Below are positions 9,850 to 19,297 of a DNA stretch of 64,000 bases, one piece after another. This DNA is from Meiothermus sp. (GTDB lineage: Bacteria; Deinococcota; Deinococci; Deinococcales; Thermaceae): positions 96,001 to 160,000 of the forward strand of contig JANRLD010000042.1 in the NCBI GenBank assembly GCA_033762915.1, in the 5' to 3' direction. The notes beneath the pieces are model-generated. The model saw only the letters and a program-made list of their open reading frames with translations. It ran no database searches and was not told the DNA's origin. Position 1 is the stretch's first letter. Each line of letters opens with the position of its first letter. Position numbers and translations under genes: made by a program.

Positions 9850-9878
9850 CCGGCCCCTCCCTCGCGGGAAGGGGCCGG
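9850..9878. repeat. REP-like hairpin (CCCCTCCC...GGGAAGGGG class) downstream of the SBP gene
   Basis: CCGGCCCCTCCC-TCGC-GGGAAGGGGCCGG imperfect palindrome; related copies at 20019, 42885, 42993 and 52416. Confidence 0.65.
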
Positions 9879-9960
9879 AACTTGACGCCCCGATCTCCAA
9901 CCGCCCCATGACCCCACCGCTTCCCCCGCACCCGGCATCATCCGGCCCCTCGAGGCGTCC

Positions 9961-10836
9961 GTGAACCGCCACCCCCTGCTGGCCTACGGCCTGCTGGCCC
10001 CGGCCCTGCTGTGGTTGGGGGGCGTGCTGCTGGCCTCGGTCTGGTACCTGATCGGCCAGAGCCTTTCCAACGAGCGGGTGCTGGGGGGTGAGCGTGAGTT
10101 CGTGGGGCTGGCCCAGTACCGCGAGGTGCTGCTGGACCCGAGCTTTTGGCAGGCAGGCTGGCGCACCCTGCTGTGGGTGGTGGGCAATGTGGTGCTGCAG
10201 ACCGTACTGTCCCTGGGGGCGGCCCTGCTGCTATACCGCAGCCGGCGGCTGGCCTGGTTCAACATCTGGGTGGTGCTGCCCTGGATCGTGCCCACGGTGG
10301 TGGCGGTGATCATCTGGCGCTGGATGCTGAGCTCGATCGGGATCGTTAACCAGGCCATCCAGGCGGTGGGGCTGAGCCAGGAGCCCGTCGCTTTTTTCGG
10401 CAGCGGTACCGTTGCCCTGCTGACCCTGATGCTCATCAACTCGTGGAAGTTCTTCCCGCTGGGCACGGTGATCCTGGTGGCGGCGCTGCGCTCGATTCCC
10501 GCCACCCTCGTCGAGGCTGCCCGGGTGGACGGGGCCAGCGAGGCCCAGGTGTTCTGGCGCGTCCAGCTGCCGCTCTTGCAGCCGGTGATGTACGTGCTGG
10601 GGCTGGTGGGGCCGCTGTGGGCGGTCAACGTCTTCGAACTGCCCTGGCTGCTCACGCGGGGCGGGCCGGGCGACGCCACCCTGACTTGGCCCCTGCACAT
10701 CTACCTCGAGGCCTTCGGGCGCTTCGAGATCGGTCTTGCGGCGGCAGCCTCGCTGGTGGTGTCGCTGGTGCTGATGGGCTTTGTGGGGCTCTACCTCAAG
10801 ACCGGCTGGGGTCGGGCCTTGCGGGAGGAGCAGTGA
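9961..10836 (+). CDS. Carbohydrate ABC transporter permease (MalF-like)
   Basis: FVGLAQY, LPWIVP, EAARVDGA, LTRGGP. Confidence 0.93.
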   Translation: MNRHPLLAYGLLAPALLWLGGVLLASVWYLIGQSLSNERVLGGEREFVGLAQYREVLLDPSFWQAGWRTLLWVVGNVVLQTVLSLGAALLLYRSRRLAWFNIWVVLPWIVPTVVAVIIWRWMLSSIGIVNQAIQAVGLSQEPVAFFGSGTVALLTLMLINSWKFFPLGTVILVAALRSIPATLVEAARVDGASEAQVFWRVQLPLLQPVMYVLGLVGPLWAVNVFELPWLLTRGGPGDATLTWPLHIYLEAFGRFEIGLAAAASLVVSLVLMGFVGLYLKTGWGRALREEQ

Positions 10837-11648
10837 GGACGGCGACCCGGGTCCTGGTGGCGGGTTTCTACCTGCTGCTGGTCTTTGGCCCGTTCTACTG
10901 GATCCTGGTCTCCTCGCTCAAGCCTGCGGCCGAGGTGATCCAGGTGCCGCCCACCCTGTTCCCCCGCGAGTGGTCGCTCGAGCACTACCAGAAGCTGTTC
11001 GCCTCGACCGACTACCCCCGCTATGTCGCCAACAGCGCCTGGGTGGCCCTGGTCTCGGCGGCCATCAGCGTCGTCCTGGCCTTCCTGGCCGCCTACGCCC
11101 TGTTCCGACTGTCGTTCGCGGGCAAGCAGCTGTGGTTTCGCCTGATCCTGGGGGTCTACGTCTTCCCCTCCATCCTCCTGATCGTGCCGCTGTACGGGCT
11201 GTTCGCCGACCTGCGCCTGCTCAACAGCCACTGGGCCCTGATCGTGGTCAACGTGACCTTTATTGTGCCCTTCGCGGTCTGGCTGCTGCGGGCCTTCATG
11301 GAAAGCATCCCCAAGGAGCTCGAGGAGGCCGCCTTCCTGGACGGGGCCTCCTGGCTCGTCAGCATGGTGCGCGTGACCCTGCCGTTGGCCGCTCCGGGGC
11401 TGGCCAGCGCCGCCACCTACGCCTTCGTCTACGCCTGGACCGAGTTCCCCTTCGCTTCGGCCTTCATCCTGCAGGACGTCAAGCGGACCCTGCCGGTGGG
11501 GCTGTCAGCCATCATCGGGCAGTACCAGATCGACTGGGGACTGCTGGCGGCGGGGGCGGTGGTGATGATCGCGCCCGGGGTGGTGTTCTTCGCCCTGGTC
11601 GGGCGCTTCTTCGTGAGCGGCCTGACCGGGGGGGCGCTGAAGGAGTAG
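10833..11648 (+). CDS. Carbohydrate ABC transporter permease (MalG-like)
   Basis: GTG start overlapping the upstream TGA; ELEEAAFLDGA; GLTGGALKE. Confidence 0.93.
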   Translation: MRTATRVLVAGFYLLLVFGPFYWILVSSLKPAAEVIQVPPTLFPREWSLEHYQKLFASTDYPRYVANSAWVALVSAAISVVLAFLAAYALFRLSFAGKQLWFRLILGVYVFPSILLIVPLYGLFADLRLLNSHWALIVVNVTFIVPFAVWLLRAFMESIPKELEEAAFLDGASWLVSMVRVTLPLAAPGLASAATYAFVYAWTEFPFASAFILQDVKRTLPVGLSAIIGQYQIDWGLLAAGAVVMIAPGVVFFALVGRFFVSGLTGGALKE

Positions 11649-11649
11649 C

Positions 11650-13071
11650 GTGGGGGTCTACCTGGGCCTCGACCTGGGCAGCTCGGCGGTCAAGGCCCTG
11701 CTGCTCGACAGCCGGCGCGGTGTGCTGGCCTCGGAGCGCGTGCCCTACCCCAGCCGTACCCCCCGCCCGGGCTGGATCGAACAGGACCCCGCCGACTGGT
11801 GGCGGGCCGCGCTGAAGGCGGCGGCCGGGCTGCGCGGGCTGCCCGAGTACCGCAGGGTCGCGGCGGTGGGGCTCAGCGGGCACATGAGCTCCACGGTCCT
11901 GCTCGACCGGGAGGGGCGGCTGCTGCGGCCGTGCATCCACATTAACGACAGCCGCGCCGCTCCCGAGGCCGCCGAACTGGCCGGGCGGCTGGGCCCGCGC
12001 ATCCGCCGCCGCACCGGCAACCCCGTGCACGTGGCCTTCGTGCTGCCCAGGCTGCTCTGGCTGCAGCGCCACGAGCCGCAGACCTGGGAGCGCCTGCACA
12101 CCCTGCTCTCGGCCAAGGACTACCTCTGCTACCGGCTGACCGGCGAGCGGGGCACCGACCCCACCGACGCCGGGAACACCCTCCTGTGGGACTACCGGAA
12201 GCAAGTTTGGGCGACCGAGCTGCTCGAGGCGCTGGGCCTGGGAGCCGACTGGCTGCCCCCGGTGCGCGGGAGCCTCGAGGTGGCGGGTCGGCTGCGCGGT
12301 GCCGCGGCCCGCGCCTTGGGCCTGCCCGCAGGCCTGCCGGTGGTGGCGGGCCTGGCCGATATGGCTGCCAGCAGCCTGGGCGCCGGCCTGTCCGCCGGAA
12401 TGGTGGTGATCACCATCGGGAACTCGGCCCAGGTGGTGCGGCTGGAAGACGGGGTGCGCTACCGCCCTGGCCTGACCCTGCACCCCTACCTCGGCGGGCG
12501 CTACTACGCGATGGCCTCGATCTTCTCGGGGGGGATGGCCCTGGACTGGGCGGTGCGGACCCTGGGGGCCGACGACGCCCTGCTTGAGGCCGCCGCGCGG
12601 GTGCCCCTGGGGGCGGGCGGGGTCAGGTTCGTGCCCCACCTGGTGGGCTCGGGCACCCCCTGGCTCGACCCCCACGAGCGGGGGGCCTGGGTGGGGCTCG
12701 GCGCTGGTAGCGGGCGGGCCGAGCTGTTGCGGGCGGTCTTCGAGGGCGTGGCCTGGGACATCGCGCAGGGCTTCCGCGCCCTGACCGAGGGGCAGGCCGA
12801 GGGGGTGGTGCTGGGCGGGGCAGCCGCCCGCAACCCCCTGTGGGCGCGGCTGCTGGCGGGGTTCCTGGGCCGGCCGGTGGCCGCGCTGGCAGAGCCGAAC
12901 ACCAGCGCCCTGGGGGCCGCCTATGCCGCCGCCCTGGCCTGCGAGCCGGGCCTCGAGGGCCCCCGCCTGAGGGCCCGGCGCCCGGTACCGCCTGGCGGCG
13001 AGTCCTTCGAGCTTCTGGCGGCGGAGTACGCGGGCGTTCACGCCGCGCTGGTGCGCTCCCGGCGGCACTGA
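11650..13071 (+). CDS. FGGY carbohydrate kinase, xylulokinase-like
   Basis: GLDLGSSAVK, EQDP..WW, GLSGHMS, KDYL.YRLTG, TDAGNT, RAVFEGVA, GGAARN. Confidence 0.9.
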   Translation: MGVYLGLDLGSSAVKALLLDSRRGVLASERVPYPSRTPRPGWIEQDPADWWRAALKAAAGLRGLPEYRRVAAVGLSGHMSSTVLLDREGRLLRPCIHINDSRAAPEAAELAGRLGPRIRRRTGNPVHVAFVLPRLLWLQRHEPQTWERLHTLLSAKDYLCYRLTGERGTDPTDAGNTLLWDYRKQVWATELLEALGLGADWLPPVRGSLEVAGRLRGAAARALGLPAGLPVVAGLADMAASSLGAGLSAGMVVITIGNSAQVVRLEDGVRYRPGLTLHPYLGGRYYAMASIFSGGMALDWAVRTLGADDALLEAAARVPLGAGGVRFVPHLVGSGTPWLDPHERGAWVGLGAGSGRAELLRAVFEGVAWDIAQGFRALTEGQAEGVVLGGAAARNPLWARLLAGFLGRPVAALAEPNTSALGAAYAAALACEPGLEGPRLRARRPVPPGGESFELLAAEYAGVHAALVRSRRH

Positions 13072-13116
13072 CCGCGGCCCGTTGCCCGGCCCGCCCCCCG
13101 CTGCTATCTTGGGCGC

Positions 13117-13713
13117 ATGGAGATCGTGGTATTCGGAGCCTCGAGGGGGGTCGGGCGGCAGGTGGTGGATCAGGCCCTGGAGGGGGGCCACAGGGTGACC
13201 GCGTTCTCCCGCACCGGGCCGGACCTGGCCCACCCCGGGCTGCGGGTGGTGCGGGGGGACGTGCTCGACCCGGCCGCCCTCGAGACTGCCCTGGCCGGCC
13301 AGCAGGCGGCGGTGATCGCGCTGGGGGCGGGCAACACCGCCGAGGGAAGGGTGCGCAGCCTGGGCACCCAGAGCGTGGTGGAGGCCATGCGGCGGGTCGG
13401 GGTGCGGCGGGCGGTGGCGGTCAGCTCGTTCGGGGTGGGGGACAGCCGCCGGGGGCCGGTGGCCGCGATGGCCTGGGTGTTCCTGCGGGCCGCCCTCGAG
13501 GAGCACGAGCGCCAGGAGGAGATCCTGCGCGAGAGCGGCCTGGACTACACCATCGTCCGCCCCACCGGCCTCACCGACGGCCCCCGCACGGGCCGCTACA
13601 AGGTGGGCAGCAGCGGGAGCGGGCGCATCTCGAGGGCCGACGTAGCCGAGTTCGTGCTGCGGGTGCTGCCCGACCCGCAGTGGCACGGCCGGGCGGTGGT
13701 GGTGAGTTCGTAG
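13117..13713 (+). CDS. NAD(P)H-binding atypical SDR (flavin/biliverdin reductase B-like)
   Basis: VFGASRGVG, GDVLD, LDYTIVRP..LTD, ISRADVA; leaderless TATCTT 6 nt upstream of the ATG. Confidence 0.9.
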   Translation: MEIVVFGASRGVGRQVVDQALEGGHRVTAFSRTGPDLAHPGLRVVRGDVLDPAALETALAGQQAAVIALGAGNTAEGRVRSLGTQSVVEAMRRVGVRRAVAVSSFGVGDSRRGPVAAMAWVFLRAALEEHERQEEILRESGLDYTIVRPTGLTDGPRTGRYKVGSSGSGRISRADVAEFVLRVLPDPQWHGRAVVVSS

Positions 13714-13743
13714 GGCTCGAGGGCGCCCGCGACCCGGCGGCCA

Positions 13744-15294
13744 TCAATACCGCTCGGTCACGCTCTTCATCTGCAAAAAGTTCAGCAGATAATCCGGCCC
13801 GCCCGCCTTGGTGTCGGTGCCGGAGAGGTTGAACCCGCCGAAGGGCTGGACGCCCACCAGCGCCCCGGTGATCTTGCGGTTGAGGTAGAGGTTGCCCGCC
13901 ATGAACTCGCGCCGGGCGTGCTCGAGGTGCTCTCGCCTGCGGCTGAACACCCCGCCCGTGAGGCCGAAGCGGGTGCCGTTGGCCACCTCCATCGCGCTGT
14001 GGAAGTCCGGAACCCGGATGACCGACAGCACCGGCCCAAAGATCTCCTCCTGGGCAATTCTCGCTTGGGGCGAGACATTGTCGAAGATGGTGGGCTCGAA
14101 GAAGAAGCCGCTGCCCTCGAGCCGCCGCCCGCCCAGCACCAGCTGGCCCTCGCCCCGGCCGATGTCCAGATACTTCTGCACGGTCGCTTCTTGCGCCGCG
14201 CTCGCCACCGGCCCCATGTCGGGGTTGTGGTCGGTCTCGCCCACCGAGAGCTTGGAGGCCCGGGCGATCACCTTTTCCAACAAGGCGTCGTGCACGCCAT
14301 CGGTCACGATCAGGCGGCTGGCGGCGCTGCACTTCTGGCCCTGGAACCCGTACGCACTCTGCACGATGCCCAGGCTGGCGGCCTCGAGGTCGGCCGACTC
14401 GTCGACGATCACCGCGTTCTTGCCGCCGAGCTCGAGGGCGGTGCGCTTGAGCCAGATCTGCCCGGGGGCAGCCTTGGCGGAGTCTTCGTGGATGCGCAGG
14501 CCCACCTCGAGCGAGCCCGTGAAGTTGACGAACCGGATGCGCGGGTGCGAGACCAGATAGGCCCCGATGTCCGAGCCCACGCCGGGCAGGAAGTTCACCA
14601 CCCCTTTAGGGATCCCGGCCTCCTCGAAAATCTCGAACAGCTTGGCCCCCAGCACGATGGTGTCCTCGGCGGGCTTGGCGATGATGGTGTTGCCCACCAC
14701 CACCGGGGCCACGATCATGCCCGCCAGGATGGCAAATGGGAAGTTCCAGGGGGTGATGGCCACGCCCACGCCCAGCGGGATGTAGAAGGCCGAGTTGTCC
14801 TCGCCGGGGTAGTGGGTGACGGGTGCGCCGTCCTTGTACTTCATGGCCTGGGTGGCGTAGTAGACCAGGAAGTCGATGGCCTCGGCGGTCTCAGCGGCGG
14901 CCTCGAAGTAGTTCTTGCCGATCTCCAAGACCATCCAGGCCTCGATCTCGCGCTGCCGCCGCTTCATGATGTGCGCGGCCTTGAGAATCGCCCGGCTGCG
15001 GTCTTCCTGGCTCCACTTGCGCCAGTCCGAGAAGGCCGCCCAGGCGGCGTCGAGGGCGGCGTCGGCGTGGCCGCGGTCGGCCTTGGCGGTGGTGCCGACG
15101 ACCTCGGAGGGTCTCGAGGGGTTGGTGGAGACCAGGCGCTCGGCGGTGTCAATCTTCTCCCCGCCGATGATCAGCGGATAGTGGTGGCCCAGGTGGGCCT
15201 TGACGAACTCGAGCATCTTGCGCATCTCGGCCTGTTTCTCAGGGCTGGTGAAGGGCTCGACGAACTCGGGGCGGTAGGGCTCGGGAGTTAGCAT
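13744..15294 (-). CDS. putC: L-glutamate gamma-semialdehyde (P5C) dehydrogenase
   Basis: ITPWNFP, FTGS, ELGGK, FQGQKCSA (catalytic Cys), EEIFGP, GNLYLNRKITGALVGVQPFGG. Confidence 0.96.
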   Translation of the reverse strand: MLTPEPYRPEFVEPFTSPEKQAEMRKMLEFVKAHLGHHYPLIIGGEKIDTAERLVSTNPSRPSEVVGTTAKADRGHADAALDAAWAAFSDWRKWSQEDRSRAILKAAHIMKRRQREIEAWMVLEIGKNYFEAAAETAEAIDFLVYYATQAMKYKDGAPVTHYPGEDNSAFYIPLGVGVAITPWNFPFAILAGMIVAPVVVGNTIIAKPAEDTIVLGAKLFEIFEEAGIPKGVVNFLPGVGSDIGAYLVSHPRIRFVNFTGSLEVGLRIHEDSAKAAPGQIWLKRTALELGGKNAVIVDESADLEAASLGIVQSAYGFQGQKCSAASRLIVTDGVHDALLEKVIARASKLSVGETDHNPDMGPVASAAQEATVQKYLDIGRGEGQLVLGGRRLEGSGFFFEPTIFDNVSPQARIAQEEIFGPVLSVIRVPDFHSAMEVANGTRFGLTGGVFSRRREHLEHARREFMAGNLYLNRKITGALVGVQPFGGFNLSGTDTKAGGPDYLLNFLQMKSVTERY

Positions 15295-15388
15295 GTTGGG
15301 CTCCTTTTCTGCTTTGGCGGGCGGGAAGTGGCGGAAGGCGAGGGGAGAGGAACTTTACTCCAGGAACTTCTGAGCGTTCTCGGTCGTG

Positions 15389-16405
15389 CTAAACACTACC
15401 CCTCAAGAAGTCCCGAATGAACCGGTTTTCTTCGGGGCGGTAAGGGGTGCCGTCGGGGTAAAAGATGTCGTGGAACCAGCCGTGCTGGGGGTCGGGGGTG
15501 TCGCCGGGGAGGTTGAGCCAAGAGTACTGGCACTGGGTGCGCCCGTTGACCAAGCCCCACTGGTAACAGCCGACTTGGCGGGCCTTGAAAACCGGCAGTT
15601 GCTCCTGGTACGAGCCTCCCAAGGTGCGGGCCATCCATTCGGTGCAGATCACCGGGCGGCCGTGGCCTTGTAGCCAGGCGATGCGCGCCTCGAGCTGCGG
15701 GGTTTGAAGGTAGCCGTGAAAGCTGATGATGTCGCTGTTCTCGAGGATCACCTGATTGCCCGCCGCGAAGGCGTTGTAGATACAGACCGTCAGTGGTTGG
15801 GCAGGCTCGATCTCCCTGGCCCAGCCGAATACCTGCTGCAAGAACTCCGGCGTGCCTACACCTACGGCGTCCAGCGGCTCGTTGAACAAGTCCCAGATCA
15901 CGACTCTAGAGTCCCGCCCGTACGTCCCCACGAAGTCCTGCACGTAGCTGCGGAGGCCGGGCCGCTCGGCGGGGTCGGAGCCCAGGAAGCGCCCGGGGCA
16001 GGGGGTCCAACTGGGCAGGATCATGCCGGGAATCGGCTCGCGCTGCTTGCCCAGAAAAGGATCAAGCTGACGCGGCCAGCCGAACACGCAGTCGTCGAAC
16101 AGAACCGGCATCACCGTCATGCCCAGTCCGTCGGCGATCTGCAGCAGCCGCTCGAAGCGGGCCTTCAGTCCCTCCGCATCATCCTTCCAGAGCAGGTACT
16201 GCAGGAAGACCCGAATGCTGTTGAAGCCGAGGTCTCGAGCCCAGCCCAGTTCACGGGTTATGGTGGCGAGGTCGAAGCTCTCGGCCTGCCACATCTCGGT
16301 GGAGTTGCAGGCGGTGCTGGGTATGAAGTTGGTTCCCACCAGCCAGGGCTGCCGGGCGTACCAGGCGGCAGCCTTTTCCGCGGACCAGCGGTCGGGCTGC
16401 TTCAC
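15389..16405 (-). CDS. Clan GH-A glycoside hydrolase (GH5-like)
   Basis: GTNFIPSTA.N..EMWQ, GFNSIRVFL, WDLFNEP (acid/base), ISFH.Y, PVICTEWMAR (nucleophile); GTG start at 16405; no signal peptide. Confidence 0.85.
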   Translation of the reverse strand: MKQPDRWSAEKAAAWYARQPWLVGTNFIPSTACNSTEMWQAESFDLATITRELGWARDLGFNSIRVFLQYLLWKDDAEGLKARFERLLQIADGLGMTVMPVLFDDCVFGWPRQLDPFLGKQREPIPGMILPSWTPCPGRFLGSDPAERPGLRSYVQDFVGTYGRDSRVVIWDLFNEPLDAVGVGTPEFLQQVFGWAREIEPAQPLTVCIYNAFAAGNQVILENSDIISFHGYLQTPQLEARIAWLQGHGRPVICTEWMARTLGGSYQEQLPVFKARQVGCYQWGLVNGRTQCQYSWLNLPGDTPDPQHGWFHDIFYPDGTPYRPEENRFIRDFLRGSV

Positions 16406-16479
16406 TGTGGCCAGGCCTTTCGTCGCGGGACGGCGTGGGGCTCGACTAATGCGGGGCGGCAGGGCTCGGGGGTTGGCAT
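16402..16479 (-). pseudogene. putC-derived 25-codon mini-ORF (MPTPEPCRPALVEPHAVPRRKAWPQ)
   Basis: SD AAAGGAGCC plus the first 14 codons parallel those of putC (MLTPEPYRPEFVEP); its TGA overlaps the GTG of the GH gene. Confidence 0.7.
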
Positions 16480-16573
16480 TTGGCTCCTTTCGGTCGTGGC
16501 GGTGACTGCGGCACAAGCGCTGGGTCGGGCGTCAAGGGCTGCGGATGAGAGTACGGGCGTCCGGCGGTGCGCC

Positions 16574-16984
16574 TTATCCGGCCCTCGAGGCCGCTTGGAC
16601 GAGGTGTCCGGCGGCCTCGAGGGCCGCCACCGTCCGTTCCAAGTTCTCCGTTTTCACCAACAGATAGTCGGTGTTGAAGGTCGAGACCGCGAAGATGCCG
16701 ACCTCGGCGCGGGCCAGCGGCTCAAGCACCGACGAGAGGATGCCGGTTTGGTCGAAGGCGAAGGGGCCTTGGAACTTGAAGCAGCGCCAGCCGCCGTCGG
16801 TCTTGACGCCGGAGGGTACTCGAGCCTCGAGGCAGACCACCGAGAGTTCTTCCTCGGTTCGGCCAATGCTCACGAAGCCCTCGCCGTCGGCCCAACTCGG
16901 GACAGGAGCGGCGGGGGAGAGCTGAGAGACGGCGTAGAGGCCGGGGAGAAGCTCGAGGTGGATGCTCTTGCCCGCCATACTCAC
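16574..16984 (-). CDS. ACT-domain protein (CASTOR-like/ACT_7)
   Basis: [42 protein letters not shown]. Confidence 0.9.
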   Translation of the reverse strand: MSMAGKSIHLELLPGLYAVSQLSPAAPVPSWADGEGFVSIGRTEEELSVVCLEARVPSGVKTDGGWRCFKFQGPFAFDQTGILSSVLEPLARAEVGIFAVSTFNTDYLLVKTENLERTVAALEAAGHLVQAASRAG

Positions 16985-17904
16985 CCCTGCACCAGGCTCC
17001 GTGCAACAAAAATCAGGTTCTCGGGTCGCTCGGCGATGCGCCTGCTGAGGTAGGGATACCAGTCGGTGCCGTACGGCACGTAGGCCCGCACGGTGTAGCC
17101 CTCGGCGGCCAGCTTCTTCTGCTCGTCGCGGCGGACGCCGTAGAGGAGCTGGAACTCGAACTTGTCCTTGCCGATGCCGCGCTCGGCGGTCCAGCGTTTG
17201 AACTCCTCGAGGATGTAGGGGTCGTGCGAGGCGATGGCGGTGTAGAGGCCGGCCTCGAGCATCTTCTTGGCCAACACCACGTACTGCGCGTCGATGATGC
17301 GCTTGTCCTGGAAGGCCGCCGCCTCGGGCTCCTTGTAGGCCCCCTTGACAATGCGAACCGCGGGCTTCAAGGGGAGCAACTCCTCGAGGTCGCGCTCGGT
17401 GCGCTTGAGATAGCTTTGCAGCACGACGCCCACGTTATCGAACCCGGCCTCGCGCAGCCGCCGGTAGACGCGCAGGGTGGCGTCCACGCGGGGGCTGTCC
17501 TCCATGTCAATTCGCACGAAGCAGTCCAGCTTTTTTGCCTCGGCCAATATCTCTGAGAGCAGCGAAAAGGTCAGGTCTTCGGAGAGGTCCAGCCCGACCT
17601 GCGTGGGCTTGAGGGCCACGTACTTGGGGTGGGGCCGGGTGCCGAACTCGCGCACCAGACGGATGATCTCGGCCTGGAACTTCCTCGAGTCCTCCTCACT
17701 GCTCACCATCTCGCCCAGCAGGTCGAGGATGGCATGAACCTTGTCCTGCTCCAGCACCTCCACCGCTTTGAGGGCCTCCTCGAGGGTGTCGCCCGCGACG
17801 AAGCGCCTCGAGAAGTTCTTGCCCCTGGTCATCACCAGATTCTTGAAAGTGGGGTTCTGGGCCATGGCCAGAACGAAGGAGCGGTAGCTTTGGTTGAGGT
17901 CCAT
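16981..17904 (-). CDS. putB: Proline dehydrogenase (monofunctional)
   Basis: [55 protein letters not shown]. Confidence 0.96.
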   Translation of the reverse strand: MDLNQSYRSFVLAMAQNPTFKNLVMTRGKNFSRRFVAGDTLEEALKAVEVLEQDKVHAILDLLGEMVSSEEDSRKFQAEIIRLVREFGTRPHPKYVALKPTQVGLDLSEDLTFSLLSEILAEAKKLDCFVRIDMEDSPRVDATLRVYRRLREAGFDNVGVVLQSYLKRTERDLEELLPLKPAVRIVKGAYKEPEAAAFQDKRIIDAQYVVLAKKMLEAGLYTAIASHDPYILEEFKRWTAERGIGKDKFEFQLLYGVRRDEQKKLAAEGYTVRAYVPYGTDWYPYLSRRIAERPENLIFVARSLVQG

Positions 17905-17910
17905 CGGTCG

Positions 17911-18630
17911 TCACCGTCCTCGAGGCCCCAGGGCCCCGGTCTGAACCGCCTCGAGCCTGTCCAGCGCGGCCTCGGCACTCTCGAGTACGCTGTCCATGTT
18001 GCTGAGCACGATCTCCATGAAGTGCACCACGTGGGTCTTGGCAGCGTAGGCGGCTTGCTCGGGGTTGCGCTCGCGTAGCGCCCGCAGGATTTGGTGGTGC
18101 TGGTGTCGGGTCTTGGGGTGTTGTGAGAGGGTCTGCTGGTAGGAGCGCACCAGGGCCAGGCTCGACCTCAGGTCGCCGTAGACCCGAGCCAGGGCCTGGT
18201 TGTGGGCGGCTCCCACCAGTGCGGCGTGGAAGTCGAAGTCCACCCGCATCTGCGCGGCGAAGCCCTCGGCAGGGAGGCGGTCGAGTTGGGTCAGGTGGTG
18301 CTCCAGGGCCTCGAGTTCGGCCCCGTCGGCCCGCTCGGCGGCCAGGCGCGCGGCCTCGCCCTCGAGCATGGCCCGCACCTCGTAGACCTCGCGCACCTCG
18401 CCCGCCGAGAGCACGCGAACCCGGGCCCCCTTGGCTGGGGTCAGCTCGACCAGCCCCTCCTGGCTCAGCCGTTGCAGTGCCTCGCGCACGGGGGTGCGGC
18501 TGACGCCCAGCTGCTCGGCTAGGTTGGGCTCGGAGATGCGGGTCCCGGGCAGTAAGGTTCCCTGCAAAATCGCGTCGCGCAGGTGGCCGTAGGCGGCCTC
18601 GCGCACCGAGTTCGGGCGTTGAAATGCCAT
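17911..18630 (-). CDS. GntR/FCD family transcriptional regulator of the put operon
   Basis: LAEQLGVSRTPVREAL wHTH; FCD motif DFDFH...NQAL; ATG at 18630. Confidence 0.92.
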   Translation of the reverse strand: MAFQRPNSVREAAYGHLRDAILQGTLLPGTRISEPNLAEQLGVSRTPVREALQRLSQEGLVELTPAKGARVRVLSAGEVREVYEVRAMLEGEAARLAAERADGAELEALEHHLTQLDRLPAEGFAAQMRVDFDFHAALVGAAHNQALARVYGDLRSSLALVRSYQQTLSQHPKTRHQHHQILRALRERNPEQAAYAAKTHVVHFMEIVLSNMDSVLESAEAALDRLEAVQTGALGPRGR

Positions 18631-18634
18631 AAAT

Positions 18635-18670
18635 TGTATACAGTATACAGTCGGATGTGCGGATTGGCAA
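18635..18670 (-). promoter_or_regulatory. sigma70 promoter TTGCCA-17-TATACT overlapping a TGTATACAGTATACA GntR-type operator
   Basis: Plus strand TGGCAA at 18665-18670 and AGTATA at 18642-18647; the palindrome TGTATACA starts 5 nt upstream of the ATG. Confidence 0.7.
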
Positions 18671-18810
18671 GATTGGTGTAGAATCAGGAGGCAAGAGCAA
18701 AGCATGTCATCGGACCGAGGCGCTAGGGTAGTAGCCCCGCTTTTTACGTCTTTGTCACACCCTCCCGGCTAAGGTAGTGTGGGTTCTCTTGCCCATAAGG
18801 GAGGTTAGGT

Positions 18811-19248
18811 ATGAAAATCTGGACACAGATGGCAGGGATGCTGATGGTGCTGGCCCTGGCGGCTTGCTCGAGCGGACCCAAGACCACCTTCGCCGCGACC
18901 CTCAGCGGGGCCAACGAGCGACCCAGCCCGGTCACCACCTCGGCCACCGGCTCGGTGACATTGGCGCTCAACGAGGCGGCCAAGTCGATTACGGTGACGG
19001 GAAGCTATTCGGGTATGGTCGTCGACACCAGCATCGCTCAGACCGGGGCCCACATCCACGGTCCCATCGGCAAGGACGGGACCGCCGGGGTGCTGTTCGC
19101 CCTGACCGCTAACAACACCGGCAACACCATCTCTGGCACTTTCACCGTCACCGACCAGCAGATCGCCGACCTGCGGGCCGGCCTGTGGTACGTCAACCTG
19201 CACAGCAGCACCAACCGAGGCGGCGAGATCCGCGGCCAGCTCGAGTAA
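18811..19248 (+). CDS. CHRD-domain lipoprotein
   Basis: Lipobox LAAC; LSGANE.P, AHIHGP, YVNLHS...GEIRGQL. Confidence 0.92.
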   Translation: MKIWTQMAGMLMVLALAACSSGPKTTFAATLSGANERPSPVTTSATGSVTLALNEAAKSITVTGSYSGMVVDTSIAQTGAHIHGPIGKDGTAGVLFALTANNTGNTISGTFTVTDQQIADLRAGLWYVNLHSSTNRGGEIRGQLE

Positions 19249-19297
19249 GCCCTCAGCTGTTCGGCCCCGCCCCCGGGCGGGGCGTATCATTGGGCCT

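Noticed and set aside
11512..13686. 724-aa minus-strand ORF and similar long antisense ORFs (20468, 24705, 45787, 58471)
   Set aside because: These are high-GC shadow frames opposite well-supported genes and have no recognisable motifs.
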